A stretch of 64,000 bases of DNA. Origin: Setoptus koraiensis (taxonomy: Eukaryota > Animalia > Arthropoda). The stretch lies in NCBI GenBank assembly GCA_048013815.1, contig CM106586.1:22258001-22322000 (forward strand), in the 5' to 3' direction. Each line of letters begins with the position of its first letter. Position 1 is the first letter of the stretch. Positions 9,041-23,029 of the stretch are shown in pieces. Made by a program: the position numbers and the translations under genes. The notes under the pieces were generated by a model, which ran no database searches, had not been told where the DNA came from, and saw nothing but the letters and a program-made list of their open reading frames with translations.

Positions 9041-9981
9041 GACGGGCAAAACCAACACTGCCAGCAACCGGGGCTGCCGCTGTTACACTGCCGCCGCTGT
9101 AGGACAGGCAACACATTATTGTAAACATGCCGCCCACAATGCAGTGTGCACAAGGCACAGCGGCGCTCCACAATAACATTTGTGAGTCTACTTGGGGAAC
9201 TACACACAAGAGGGCGTCCTACCAACTGCCGCTTCATACTACTACATGACGCACGCTACTGTACGCTGCGTACAGTACGCAGGCATCAGTGTAGCACTTT
9301 GTATGCCAGGGGCTCACTACTAGTGAGTCACTAGCAGTGTGAGACACAGTGAGACAGTCTCACTGTGAGAGGCGAATCGCAAACTAACAAGTAAGTTTGT
9401 CGGCCAAACTGCGCTTCACCCTGCAACGCACTACCCCTGTCGCTCGGCAAGCACAACTATAGCTAGTGTGTTGGGTGAGTGTTTCGTTTCGTGTGCGCAC
9501 GGAGCAGCTGCCCCTGTGCAGCGGTTATAAAATGTGCGACAGCGTAACAATCCCTGGCTTGGGCAGCGCTGCCAGATTTCCGTTGCAAAGCACGCTGTCG
9601 TTGCTGGCATGAATGTGCACGCTTGCACAATGTGTGCCGTTGTGCGCTAAAGCCTTTTTGCTTCCTTCTTGTTGCAATTGTGTTACACCCTTCACACTGG
9701 ATACTGCACTAAAATTTAGTGACTAAATACAGTGCAAATTTGCCATGCAGTTTGTTCCAGTACGACACACACACACACACACACACACTCACACCGGATT
9801 GCGTTACCGTGCGAGCTAGCGAGTGTTTTTTACAAGGCTGTGATGCAACAGCCGCCGTATTGAACAGCGTCAGCATTGGGTGTGAGCCTCCACAAGCCAA
9901 GCAAGCCAGCGTGGCGCCACATTTGAACCTGTGCACTGTTCGCGCTTGCAATGCGCGCCCACAGGCGGCGCTGTTTGAGGC

Positions 9982-10481
9982 NNNNNNNNNNNNNNNNNNN
10001 NNNNNNNNNNNNNNNNNNNNNNNNNNNNNNNNNNNNNNNNNNNNNNNNNNNNNNNNNNNNNNNNNNNNNNNNNNNNNNNNNNNNNNNNNNNNNNNNNNNN
10101 NNNNNNNNNNNNNNNNNNNNNNNNNNNNNNNNNNNNNNNNNNNNNNNNNNNNNNNNNNNNNNNNNNNNNNNNNNNNNNNNNNNNNNNNNNNNNNNNNNNN
10201 NNNNNNNNNNNNNNNNNNNNNNNNNNNNNNNNNNNNNNNNNNNNNNNNNNNNNNNNNNNNNNNNNNNNNNNNNNNNNNNNNNNNNNNNNNNNNNNNNNNN
10301 NNNNNNNNNNNNNNNNNNNNNNNNNNNNNNNNNNNNNNNNNNNNNNNNNNNNNNNNNNNNNNNNNNNNNNNNNNNNNNNNNNNNNNNNNNNNNNNNNNNN
10401 NNNNNNNNNNNNNNNNNNNNNNNNNNNNNNNNNNNNNNNNNNNNNNNNNNNNNNNNNNNNNNNNNNNNNNNNNNNNNNNNN
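9982..10481. other. Assembly gap (500 N)
   Basis: Run of exactly 500 N, probably a fixed-size scaffold gap, so the true length is unknown. Confidence 0.99.
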
Positions 10482-13400
10482 ACTCGGCCTCGGACCGGAC
10501 TCGGGGCCCCAACCTTGAACCCGGCCGCGCACTCGGAGCCGCCGACCGTCGCAAGTCGGAGCCGCCGACCGTCGCAAGTCGGAGCCGCCGGCCAGCGCTC
10601 GTGACAGTCAAGAGTCAGCTCGCCGCTCGCGACTCGCGTGCGACGCAATCTGAACGGAAGTACCAAATGCTCGGCCCGCGTGAGACGCCCGACAGCGCGC
10701 CAGCCACGGGCGCATTTATCAATTGGGCGCTGGGCGAGGGCTTTTTTATCTGGCCACAATTTAGCTACTTTTATTTCGCTACTTTTAGCGGGGGCTTATC
10801 AGCAAATGGGCCTGTCCATTTGCAGCCAACTTTCTACACTATCAGCACTGCGTACACTGGCGCACAATTGCCCACTGGTCGCGAGCACCAACAACGGCCG
10901 CGCCACCAAATTACCGGGTATATTCTGCGAGGTGCTCGCAGCGAGGACGATAACTCACACACAGGTGACTCGTACACAATGTTTGCGTTTGGCTTTATGA
11001 TCATTGTGATTGGTGTGTAACGGTGTGCCCGAAAGGGTTGTCGCAATTTAAAGAGACTAACGTTGGCGACTGATTGTCATCAGCGAGTTGCACAATGTCC
11101 AGTGGACATGGGGGGGGGCCAGCAGCAAATGTCACTGTTCACCTTTGACCACCAACACACAACGGCATGATTACGTTTCGCTCGAGTTGTCGCAAGCGCT
11201 CGCTAATCACGTTCACCTGTCCTTAATCTGCCCCCCGCTAATGTCTGGCCGGCCGCCAATTGACATTGAATTGGCCGGACACCGTGCAAGCGTGCCCATA
11301 ATCGCACTGCCGGCCCGCTACACTGTCAACTTTGTAATGGGCCCACTTGTAATGGGCGCTCGGTGGTTCGCGCGGCACAGCCCGCACTGGTAATACCCCG
11401 CAATAGACCGGGCAAGTGCGGGACGGGCTCGCGGCGACTTGCGACCGGCGCCCCTCGCAACTGGCGGCTCGCGGCTCGCAGCACTTGTTCGGCTTTGGTT
11501 CAATGATTCGCGCTGCCTAAACTTTTTGCCGTTTTTCCAACAAACAAAGTTCACTCTTGCATGAACGGGTGTGTGTGCATTAAATCTCTCGCTGGCTCGC
11601 TTGCTCGCCGGCTCGCCGACTGGTTAACACGGCTACTTAATGGTGCAAATGGCCCCGGGCCCCCGGCGCCCGACTCCGATACGCGCACCGACCGCTCTTT
11701 ATTATTGCACGCAAACGCATGCGAGCGCGAGGCGCCAACAAATCTTGTTAAATGAGAGAACAGTGGCAACTTTGTTTGCCCCCTCGCCTTGCCGCTTTGT
11801 CCGCCGGCGCGGGCTGCCGGCAGCCCGCGCCGAGCCGAGCCGAGCCGGCAAGCTAATGCACACAACTGCACATAATGTACCTAATAACGGTTATAATGCG
11901 CACAATATAGCGCGCCAGTTCGGCCAGACGCTTGTAACGCCGGCATTGTGACGCTCATCAATGAGGCCCGGCCCCGCTGAGTGATGGCCAGTCAGCCGAC
12001 TTAGCAGTCAGTCAGTCAGCCAGCCGGCGAGCCGGCCCGAAACCGTGAGCGACACAAACTGCTCGCTATTAGCCGCTCGGCCGGACGCCCCAGCCAGAGC
12101 CCAATTGGGCGGCCGGTGGAAACGCACGAGCGCCGAGTGCCGACCGCGCGCGCCACAAAGCGCCGAGCGGATCTTGTTACATGCCGCGGAACAAGACACA
12201 CGGAAACAACAAATTTGAGTTAATCTTGAGCAAGCATTATTTTATATTTTGCACCGCGTATGTGCGCATCACTTAACTTAATGCCGGCACCGTGCGGCCG
12301 CGCGGGCTCTGCGGACTCTGCGGGCTCTGCGGACTTGGGGCCCGCTCGACAGCCAACGCTGCACTTTGGCGTGTGTGCTGCCGTCACACAACGTGAGCAC
12401 GTTACGCGAGGCGCCCGCCTTATGCGCGCGTCTCTGGCACGTTATGCATGGTGTGCGAGTGGCCAGTGTGACCTCGGCGTCACTCGGCGTCCAAACGCGA
12501 CCATCGACGGCCGCCCGCGGGACAGCGGACAGCCGCACGGCCCGGCCCGGCGAGACAAAGGAGTGACCGTGTGATGACTCTTGAGCCCGAGTAGCAGGTG
12601 AAAAATTGGCCGCTGTCATACGCAAAGTGCACTGCTCACAAGCTGCAGCCACATAGCGACCAGACAGCGGCATCGCTCGCTCGGTGCGCGCTGGCCGTTG
12701 CAAGCTACGCCTAATGTAGCCTGCACCGACGCTGCCTCTGGTGCAGCTTGTGATGCAGCCTGCAACGGTGCACACGGGTGCGCCGGGGCGCAAACACGCC
12801 GACGTTATGATGTTACGTAAGCGGTTTGAGATGGTAATGACAGCGAGCATAGCAACACGGCAACAAGGCGTGCACACCACAGAACATAACTCACAAGTCA
12901 GCCAAGTGGCCTTGGTGTTCTTGGCCTTGGCCACTAATGCTTGGCGCACTAATGTTGCGCTGCGCGCTGCCTGGTCGCTATGCGCTGCTCGCCGTGTGCG
13001 CTATGTGCGCCCTTTGCGCTATGCGCGCCATTTGCGCTGCGAGCGCGATGGGCGCTATGTGCGCCATGGCGAGCTGGCCAACGAAGCCGAACAAATGACA
13101 AACGAGTACAGTATGGGCATTGCAGCGTCGCACGGCCAGCGCGCTAAAATTTCTCGAGGCACGGCGCGCTCACTGTGCGCTGTGCCCGGTCTACAGTGTG
13201 CAGAGTCTTCGCTGCCGAGTGTACGCTGCCGAGTGCACGCTGCGCGGTCTAGGCAACAGCAACGTCACTCACCGGAGTTGCGGGCGTCAACCGGGCAAAT
13301 TGGCTGGCCGGCGAGCACTCTCGGGCCGGCTGCTCGGGCCGGCGGCTCGCGGCTCGTGGCCGGCGACTGACGGGGCATTCCGAATGACAGGGCTAAACTG

Positions 13401-14060
13401 TGATCTAACGAGCTGACTATAACTGGCCGGCAGACGGACAGCAGACAGTGTGGGCATCACCGAATCATTAGACTGGTCAGCCAATTGCGCCGCTGTCTGG
13501 CCGTGGCCGCGTAGTTGCTGTTGTGTAGTTGTTGTGGCACGTTTGGTGCACCGATGGTGCACGGTGTTCATTAGGGCGCACAAACATGCGGCCAAGATGA
13601 TGCGGCCGATGCGCAAGACCACGCAACGTACAATAATGAGCGCATGATGCAAGCGACCAATAAGTTACTGCTGGCCTAACAGGCTGTTGATTGTCAGCTT
13701 GCTCGAACAGCTTGCCAGTTAATTTGGTCAGCCGGTCGCTGGTTGCTGGTCGCCGGTCAGTTGTGGTTGGCTCAGCGCGGTTCGGCGCGGCCCAGCGCCT
13801 CTCGGCGAGCCTCGGGAGCTACGCGGCGAGACAAACTGAAGTGTGTCTCGCCAGACGGCAAGCGAAGAGCGAGCAGCGAGAAGAGAGCAGATAAATCAAT
13901 GATGATGAGCTCGTGCGCTTGTTTGCGCAACTTGCGCATGTCAGGCTTGTCATGTCATTAGTGATTATTCTCATTAGGCCCATTGCTAACACGATAATGG
14001 TAGCCAGTGGTACAAACAGCCTGCAACAATCTGTCCTTGTGCGCGCCATCGCCATTATGT

Positions 14061-14200
14061 AATGCTGTGTAGTGCTGTGCAATGTTGTGCAATGTTACGC
14101 AATGTTGTGCTATGTTATGCAATGTTATGCAATGTTATGCAATGTTATGCGATGCTATGCGATGCCACGTGATGCTATGCGAGGCTATGTGATGCTATGG
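14061..14200. repeat. 10-bp period minisatellite (AATGTTATGC-like), ~14 degenerate copies
   Basis: aatgttgtgc/aatgttatgc/gatgctatgc units in phase. Confidence 0.85.
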
Positions 14201-15986
14201 ACACACAAGCGTAACAGTGCCACAATCAATTCCGCAGACAGTCGGTGGACAGTGCAGACGGTGCGGACGATGCGGACGATGCGGACGGTGCAGACGGCGC
14301 AGACAGTGCGGCCAGTCTGGCCAGTCTGGGCATATCGCAACGAATTATTATCTATATTGTGTATATCTCATTATCTGTCATGTGGGCATTGTGGGCATCG
14401 TGGGCGGTGTGGGCATTGTGTGTTGGGGCCGCCTTTGGGAGATATTGTAATCATAATCAGCGTAATAGTAGCCATAAGCAGCCAATCGGCTGCGAACAGA
14501 CTGCGCGTGCAGTCTAGACACACAATGAGCCAATCACTGCAATGACCTCGCCGGTCACTTTGCTCGCGATTCATGACTCGCGATTCATGACTCATGATGC
14601 GGCCCGATGCGGCCCGATGGTGGCAGCAGCTTGATTGCATGCGCGCCAATACAATGATTATCGTTGAATGATAACATGATGCAATGTAAAAATAGATGCA
14701 AAAATAAACACAAGCATGAATATGAAAATAAAAATACAAGTCTCGAGTGTGAGCTCGGCATCAAGTGGCTCCGCCTAGCAGTTGGCGGTTGTTTGTTTGT
14801 GCGCTAATCAGCTCGCTGCCTCTGGCCGCTCGATTGCTCAATGGGGCCCCGAGCTCGCAACGCCTGTGACCCACAAGACAGTTGTCAGCTCGTGAGGGGG
14901 CGACCAATGGTGATTGGCCGTCATCGGGGGCCCAATCAGCCGGCGAGAGCGACGGGCGAAACCGGCGACGCCAAACGAAACCGACGGCAGAGGGCCGATC
15001 TGTTGCGGGGCGAGCGTGTCGCGAGCCACTTTGTGCGCCTTCTCGCTCCATTCTGGCTCGATGCTGGCTCGACGCTGGCTCCATTCTGGCTCGACGCTGG
15101 CTCCATTCTGGCTCGATGCTGGCGCGAGCGGCAAGCGAGCTCGTGACGAGCGAGTTGCGCGAGCCAGCTCGTGGCAATTTGGGCCGCGCTGTCATCGGCG
15201 TGGCATAATGGCATTGATTGGGCTTATTGATTGAGTGGGCGCCGGACGGGTGTCCATTGTTGTCGAGTCGCCGACAGTGACTGTCGGACAGTTATATATA
15301 TATGTATGTACATGTAAGCAGTTGCGACAACAACGCAATGAAACAGTTTCATCACGTTGTTGTTTTGTTGTTATGACGTTGGTTTGTTTGCTGTTTACTC
15401 GTGACTCGGGCGCGAGTTGTGAGTGCCAAGTCGGGCCGGCGGTGCGCAAGTTGGCGCGCGCTAAAGGGCGCCCGCCAATTGGATTGCCTGCCAGCCTGCC
15501 TGCCAGCCAGCCAGCCAGCCACTGACAGCACCCACTAGCTCGCCCACTAGTCAGACGCTACTGTCAATATTATCCGACACAAAGCAAATATCTGCTTTAA
15601 AGAGTCTTAAGCACCGAGTGCGGGGCCTCAGCCGGATAATCTGGGGCCCAGCATCGCAGTGTTTGGCGCGCCGGCGGACAGTGTTTGGCGCGGCAGCGAG
15701 TGGTTGGCGCGGCGCCGGCGAGTGGTTGGCACAGCAGAGCGCTGCCAGGATATTTGGCGAGCCGAGCGCTGGTTCGCTTCGTTTAACCTTTTGGCGCCAC
15801 GGCGAGCCAGTGGCAACGACACTCACCAAGCGGCGGGCCGCTAAAAGCCCGTGACGGCGCCCGATGGCACGCGCATTTGGAGAGGGGCACCCTTTGCAAA
15901 TAATAGACGCTTACATACACTAAATAAATGCGACACACTAATCACACCATTAGCGCCCGGCCGATTGACAGCGCGGGCCGGCCGGC

Positions 15987-16075
15987 CCACTGGCTCACTG
16001 GCTGGCTCACTGGCTGGCTCACTGGCTGGCTCACTGGCTGGCTGGCTCACCGGCTGGCCCACCGGCTCACTGGCT
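15987..16075. repeat. Tandem CTCACTGGCTGG-type repeat
   Basis: Direct reading; ~7 imperfect copies built on a GCTG tetramer. Confidence 0.85.
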
Positions 16076-16828
16076 GCCGGGGCCCACATTAGCCAAGCTG
16101 CTCAAATAAAGCTAATTAGTTGTAATCTGGCCGGCGGTGTTTCCATTGTGCGCCACATTGTCGCCCACTCACCACTCACATCTAGTCGCGGCGATGGGGC
16201 CCCTCGCTGCAGCAAAGAGCCTGTGAGAACAGATCGGCAAAAGCTGTGGGCGCCTCACGTGTCCAACAATCGCCAGTATAACGGTCGCAATGAGGCAAAG
16301 TGAAGCGCCCGTGAACTTGTTTGCGACCGGCCCGCATCACGAGTCACGACTCACAAGTTGCGAGTCACGAGTCGCAAAGCTCACTTTGCACCCACTCTCT
16401 GACAGAGTGCACCGGCCAACGGTGACTCGCTCACCTGTGCACAGGTTACACTGTACTATACTTGTTATATAATTGTCATATACTTGTTATATACTTGTTA
16501 TGCAATACTTGTTACGTATTACGTATGCGCGCATTATGTGCACACTATGCTCATATAATACTTATACAATATTATTATATATTATTATAATATAATAGTA
16601 GTGGCGGGCTATTTCTGGTTGTGTCGTCTAGTCTATCGGATTAGGCCTTATTACCTGCGTACGAGTGGGTGCTCCAATTTTTGTGTGTGTCGCATTCGCA
16701 TATTTATATTAATATTTGCTGCTTGTGCTCAAGTTATTTGCACCCCGTTAGCCGGCCGGCCCGAAACCCATTGAGACCGTTGCAGACCCGCTGAGACTAT
16801 CGCTGGCTCGCCCATTGAGACGCAACAA

Positions 16829-16872
16829 TCTCGACGAGTCTCGACGAGTCTCGACGAGCCTCGACGAGTCTC
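16829..16872. repeat. 10-bp tandem repeat TCTCGACGAG x4 (unit contains CTCG-A-CGAG inverted repeat)
   Basis: Direct reading. Confidence 0.85.
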
Positions 16873-18255
16873 AATGAGCCGCCCGACACGGGCAACCGGA
16901 CAGGTGCTTGTGTGTGCACGAGCTTGTCACGAGCTGACAATCACTCCCCTTGGTGCGTAATGAAACTAATAATCAAGTGACAGTTAACTCTTTTTGGCTT
17001 CACTGCGCTCACCGCGCACAGCCTCTCTAATATCGAGTCACGGGAGCCGCGGTCCCGCGGTCCCGCCGTCTCGGGCTCTCGGGCTTTCGAGGCCCGCCGA
17101 GCTCGCATATTAGCACATGTTCGACTGGCTGACAGCAGCAGCAACAACACCGACAACAACAGCAGCAACAGCAACACCGACAACAACAGCAGCAGCAACG
17201 ACAACAACATCAGCAACAGCAACAACAACAAGCTGCTCATTAGCAAGTTATTCTAATATCTATTAATAGCGACGACGACAGCAACAACAAACAAACAACA
17301 TAATCCCTTCACATTATCTCTCCGGCTGCGCACTTGCTCGCCTGCCAGTTGTAGGCTCCAGCAAGCGCTGTGTGCCGGTCGGAGTTGCCCAATGCAGCCA
17401 GTCACGGCTACACGTGCTAGTTATATTATATAACTTATATATAACAACGATGTGCCAGTTACATAACAAGCCGCTCGGCAGCGCGGTAAGCTGGCCCCGT
17501 TGTTTGCAGCACGGACACTATCGCTTGTTTTGCTCTAGCCAGTGTTGTTGTTGTTGCTGTTGCTGTTCATGTTTTTCATGACTGTTGAACTCACAAACTG
17601 AGTTGAATTTTGGGCCCGCCACAGCTAACAAGATACACTACGGATTACTGGCTGCCGGGCCCCCCTTGGTTCGCAGGCCAGCTGCCAGTTTGGCCGCGCC
17701 ACCGAACAGACTAATAGCGAATATCTTGCGTGTGGGTGTTCGCGAGCCATCAAGTGAGTGAGAATTCAAGTGCAAGTTGCAGCTAACACTGTCATACACC
17801 GTTAGACAAACCGCTATAAATTGGATAAACTCCCTCCAACGAGTTGTATCCCGAACGAGCTGTTTATAAAATTGTACAACACACAATTTTGCTCGGCCGG
17901 CAAATTGCCGGCCTCAGCCAGGTACCGTCTGTTATTTTGACTCTCATTTGTATTGTAGCTCGTATTGTCGTACAGATATCGTGCTGGAGCGCTAATTCTG
18001 ACTTGAGAGTTGCAACTTGCGGCCCCCGAGTCAGAAAAGAGCGTCGCGCAAACCCTCGCGCCCTGTTCATGAACAGTATGCTGTTGCTGCTGGCCCCAAT
18101 TGCTCGATGGTATAGAGTCGATGCATCCAGTTGGGAGTGTCACCTGAGCGATCGGCAATCTCAGGCCACAACAATGGACGAGATACCGCTATCTGTCGCA
18201 ATTACTTATTTCACGCAGGGGCCACTCAATACATATTAGCAATGCAAGAGATCCA

Positions 18256-18326
18256 AGAGATATTCTAAAGAGATATTCTGAAGAGATATTCTAAAGAGAT
18301 ATTCTGAAGAGATATTCTGAAGAGAT
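18256..18326. repeat. 13-bp tandem repeat AGAGATATTCT(A/G)A x5
   Basis: Direct reading. Confidence 0.9.
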
Positions 18327-19509
18327 CCGGTTTATTGATACTATGATATTATTCAACATAACGGGCCTCCTATCATCATGTGCTTGTGATGCCGCAATGC
18401 CGGCCAGGCCAGTCGCAGTGGGTACAGTTGGACCGGCGAGCTCATTATCAACTTAGAGCGACTTGTTCATAAATAAATAAAACTTGTTGTTACATATGCA
18501 CGCCTATGGCCAGCCCAGTGCAAGCAACGACCAATGAGTCGTTGGCAATGACAAATCCCGTTGGCTCCCGTTGGGCGCAAACGTTGGGTCGCAACGTTTG
18601 CCATCCAACGTTTGCGATCCAACGAACCAATTTAAATTTAGCCGGCTAATAATATAGCCAGCGCTAAATTAGACATTTACGCATATATTATTATGCAGCT
18701 AGCCAGTTAGGCAGCCAGCGAAATTAGCTGATTTTGAATAATCACGTGCTCATATGAGAGTGGCTCTCGAGGTTGGCCCGTTCGTTCTTTTGGGCCCGCC
18801 AGGGAAGCGGTTGCAAGTTGCAACAACGGCCAGACCACGAGTCATTTGTTTCATTGCCGTTTCATATTGGTCGCGTGTGTCGCGCCCAATCTCATTTCAT
18901 TTCATTTCACCTCGTCGCGCCTCACTTCACCCCACTCCACTCGACTTCACCTCGCTCCATTTGTCGGGGCCCGTTTGTCGGGGCCCCGTTTGTCCCAACC
19001 GAAGGCAGGTTTGTGTGCTCGGCTCGGTTTTGTTTCTAGCGGCTCGGGTTACTTGCAATTTGAGCGAGCGAGCGAGTCAGAGGTGAGCCAGGCCAAAATC
19101 AACCAAAACGACAATGCCATTCGGACATACTGCCAATGTTGGCGCGGTTAGCCGCGCTATTACTATTACCGGCATTACCGTTGGCATTGCGGACCGTGGC
19201 GGACCGTCCCGGCAAAGTTGAAGTGGTCATTTGGAGCCAGCAATGAAGGGCCAAGCAGGCGATTATTTTACACCATAAATGTGTAAAATTAGTCGACGGT
19301 TTCTCTGTCGGGCGGCCGGACACTCGCAGCGCTTGCAAGCCTCATGCGCGGCTTGGGCTGCGAGTGAGTCTGGCCTGCCCGATGTCGGCAATTGCCGGGC
19401 CGCTGGCAGTGGGGCCCCCGTCCGACAATTATGCCTCTGTTACATGCTCTGCGATACACAGTCTGTATGCGTAGGTGCATATTGGAAATTACACGTGCCA
19501 GTCGATCCA

Positions 19510-19558
19510 TCATAAGTTATGAATCATAACTTATGAATCATAACTTATGATTCATAAC
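19510..19558. repeat. Palindromic 14-bp array (TCATAA(C/G)TTATGAA)
   Basis: 19510-19536 is a perfect 13-bp inverted repeat with a 1-nt spacer, followed by further copies. Confidence 0.9.
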
Positions 19559-22500
19559 GGACACAATATTGTGAATTGGCAATTCGTCATACTGTGGCGC
19601 TGCCATCAATTGTGCCGGCCGTCTTGATCTCTATCGGATTTGATCCGATGGGAGCCGCTCATAATTCACACGAGATGTGGCGAGATTGTCGCCGCTGTAT
19701 GATTGTGTGATTCTGTTCAATTGAATGGTCAGCCGGCCGGCCAGCAATGTTAAGTGAAGCGAACTAAAGTGGATTTAGCAAGCGGCTTATGCAAATGGCG
19801 AATTACGCAACACCGATAACATCATCATCTCGATAAACAATATACAAACATTACCTGCCGGCTGACAGCTAGCCAGCAATTGTTTCGTCTGTTGGCGTTA
19901 TATTTGGCGTCGCATTTCTCTCGTCATATTTCTCGTCGCCATTCTCTCGCCATATTTGTGCCCAATTGCAATTTGCGCGCTCGTGCGACCCACTGCGCGC
20001 GCCCAATCTCGGCCTGGATGTGGCGGGCGGGACGAGGCCGGGCGCACCTAGCGACAAACATAATAATAAATAACGCCATATAATAAAAGTGTAATAATAA
20101 ATAATAAATGTCGTCATAAAGTCGGCCCCTTGACCGGCACCTCGGCACCATTGACTCGATACCGTTGACTCGATACCGTTGACTCGATACCGTCGACTCG
20201 ATGCCATTGACTCGATATCATCGAGTCGATATGTCAGGGGCGATTGTTGCCGAGATTGCGCCGGCCAGTCGCTGGCACGTAGTAATGACATCACACTCGG
20301 CCGGCGACCGCGCCTTGCCAATTGTATTGTGCTCGTGGCAATTTGGCGCCACGAGTGGCGCCGAGTGACGCGCCAATAGCGGGCCGACAACAGCGCCAAC
20401 AAGCGAGCCAACAGCGACAAAGGTGACGCCAAGCGAGCGAGGAGAAGCCAATAAATCGAGGCCATTCGTTATTTGTGACGGGCCGGCCCGGCCCGGCCCG
20501 GCGTATACGCCGTATACGGCGTATACGCGGCCGTATATGCGGCCGTATATGCGAGGGCACAAATATACCTGTGCGGGCGCGCAGCTCGGGTATGCGGCAA
20601 AAAGAATCATTATTATGTTATCATCATGCAGATGTAATCTATCCCGACAAAAGTTTGTGCAAATATTTGCCGCTAGCCGGCCATTTGCCGTTATCTTTGC
20701 CCATGTACCGTTATTCCGTTGTGTCTATCTTATCTGTTCGCATCTCTCTCTCGTTGTGCATATCACGGGCACAATAAACGGTAATGTGCCGCTCGCATAC
20801 AGGGGCCCCCCGTCGCATAATATACAAAGTAATACTCACTCAGTGTGCAGGCAATACAGATAGAAATACAAAGTGATATATACAAAGCAATAACCCGCCA
20901 CGGTAATGACTGTCGCCCGATTAAATTGTTGCTGCGGCTGGGGGCGCCCTCGTTGGCTGGCAAAAGATGATGATAGTCGCTTTTTATATTGAGTTGCTTA
21001 GTCCCCAATCAACACTGCCATTCATTTGACAGTTTATCGCGCAAGCTGGCGCCCCCGACAGCAGCTCAGTTTGTTTATCTCTTTATTTTATTTATTTTGC
21101 CCATTTTATTTATTGAGCCGTTGACAGTTTGCGCAAACTCTCGGCGCCCACCGAGCAGCGTCTCGGCCCCTTCGCAAATGCGCCCAAATAAACCCAAATG
21201 CGCCCCAAATAAGCCCAAACAAACCCAATAAACCCAATAAAACCGATAAACCCAATAAACCCCCTGAATTGAGCCCCGAATAAATCTCTGAACAAATCGA
21301 GTGGCAGCAGTGGCTACATCGCGACGAGCGTCTTTTGAGGGGCTCCCTCTACAACGACGACTAGGCGCGTATATTGGCGACCACTCAGGTGCCCAATTTC
21401 GACGAGTGCAGCCACCGTATGCCGAGCTGCGCGTGCCAGTCGGCATTATTGGCTCGCCAATCGCGACATATGACTGATTGGCTTGCCAATCGCGACGCAT
21501 CAATGAGTGGAAGACGGGCTCCAATTTTCAATTTGCGCCAGATATTCACAATTGGTCGAGCAGCACGCAGTTGATTATTCATGCGACGACTTTTCATTGA
21601 GCTTGCCAAGAGTCACTGCTAACAAACTGCTAACAAACTGCGAATAAACTGCGAATAAACGCGCGGCGACAAACTACCGCTGACAAGCTGCTAATAATAA
21701 ATGCAAATTGGGCGCGTTCGAAGCCCAACAATTTTCTTAACGCTTGCCTTGGTCGCTGGCGAGAATCCGGCGAGCCCAGCCCAGCCGAGCCAATTGCTAA
21801 TTAGCCGGGCTCTTGATTGGGCTGTGGCGCGTGCCGCTCGACGGGCCATTGTTGCGCTTCGGAACAATCTCGAGATTGGCACGAGCCGAAGCTGAAGATT
21901 TCACTGGCGCGCATCGCACAAATCGGCACGCTTCGGCGTGACTCACGTGAGCCGATACTTTTTTGGGGCGACACAGTCCAATGGAAACGGGCCAATCTAT
22001 CGGCTTCGCGACCAAATGAAATCTGTCGAGGCGCCCCCGAAACTCGCCCTGCTACGTGGGCTATGCTGGCCAGCTGTCGCTATTTGCTCGTCGCTCGTCG
22101 CCCGTCGCCCGTCGCCCGTGTAACAATATATCACCATCGATCAGCGAGCCGCCACGGCCGTATAAGTGCGGCGTCGTATACCTCGGTAATACCGCCGACT
22201 CGGTATTGCCGCGGTAATACCGAGGTTGCAGCACCGCAACGATACTGCCAGATATACCGTATAACTGTATCCCGGATGTGCGTAATAGATACGCGCAGAG
22301 TAGATGGGCCCAAAACAGATAGGCGCAAAATAAACGCTAGTCACAAATTAGAGCGATGCGCAAATTGTCGGACGAGCACCGTCAACGAGCAAACAATTGA
22401 CACGGCTAATGACGACAATCTCTCACAGGTGAAGACAGACCCAAACAACTGGGGCCAATCCATCACACGGCTCACCCCGTGGCCATAAATCTGCCGCCGA

Positions 22501-22658
22501 GTCGCCCCTAAATGCGGCCGCCTGACAGAATTGTGTCAGCAAGCGAGCTACAAACAAATGAAAGGGCCCGCCGATTGGGGCCGTCGGCTCGCGCGATCGC
22601 CCCGCCGCCGTGGAGCCCCATTCGAAGTAACTGTCTGCGGTCGCCGCAACTGGGCCCA

Positions 22659-22759
22659 TTCGGCTGCATTCGGCTGCGTTCGGCTGCGTTCGGCTGCGTT
22701 CGGCTGCGTTCGGCTGCGTTCGGCTGCGTTCGGCTGCGTTCGGCTGCGTTCGGCTGCGT
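22659..22759. repeat. 10-bp tandem repeat CGGCTGCGTT x10
   Basis: Direct reading; near-perfect. Confidence 0.95.
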
Positions 22760-23029
22760 GGTGGGCGCCCCGATGAGCCGATTTTGCGATCGTCGCAGCG
22801 GCCGGCTCGCCACACACATGGCAAACACAATCATTGCGTCGCAGTGGCGACAATCGCCGGCATTGAGCCCCAGATTATTTTATTTATCCATCAATTAACT
22901 CGCCGGCCATTTCCAGTGCGGCCAACACACAATGTTTACAGCGGTATTCCGACGGTGTCCGCGCGCACACGAAAAAATATTTGATGCGACAAATATAAAT
23001 TGGCGGCCCTTGCTTGGCTTTGGCCGCTC

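Noticed and set aside
9709-11020. Long ORFs of 217-433 aa around 9.7-11.0 kb
   Set aside because: Artefacts of translating through the 500-N gap.
12278-13370. Overlapping 223-aa (-) and 209-aa (+) ORFs
   Set aside because: Non-ATG starts, Arg/Ala/Cys-rich composition typical of stop-poor GC-rich non-coding DNA, no domain.
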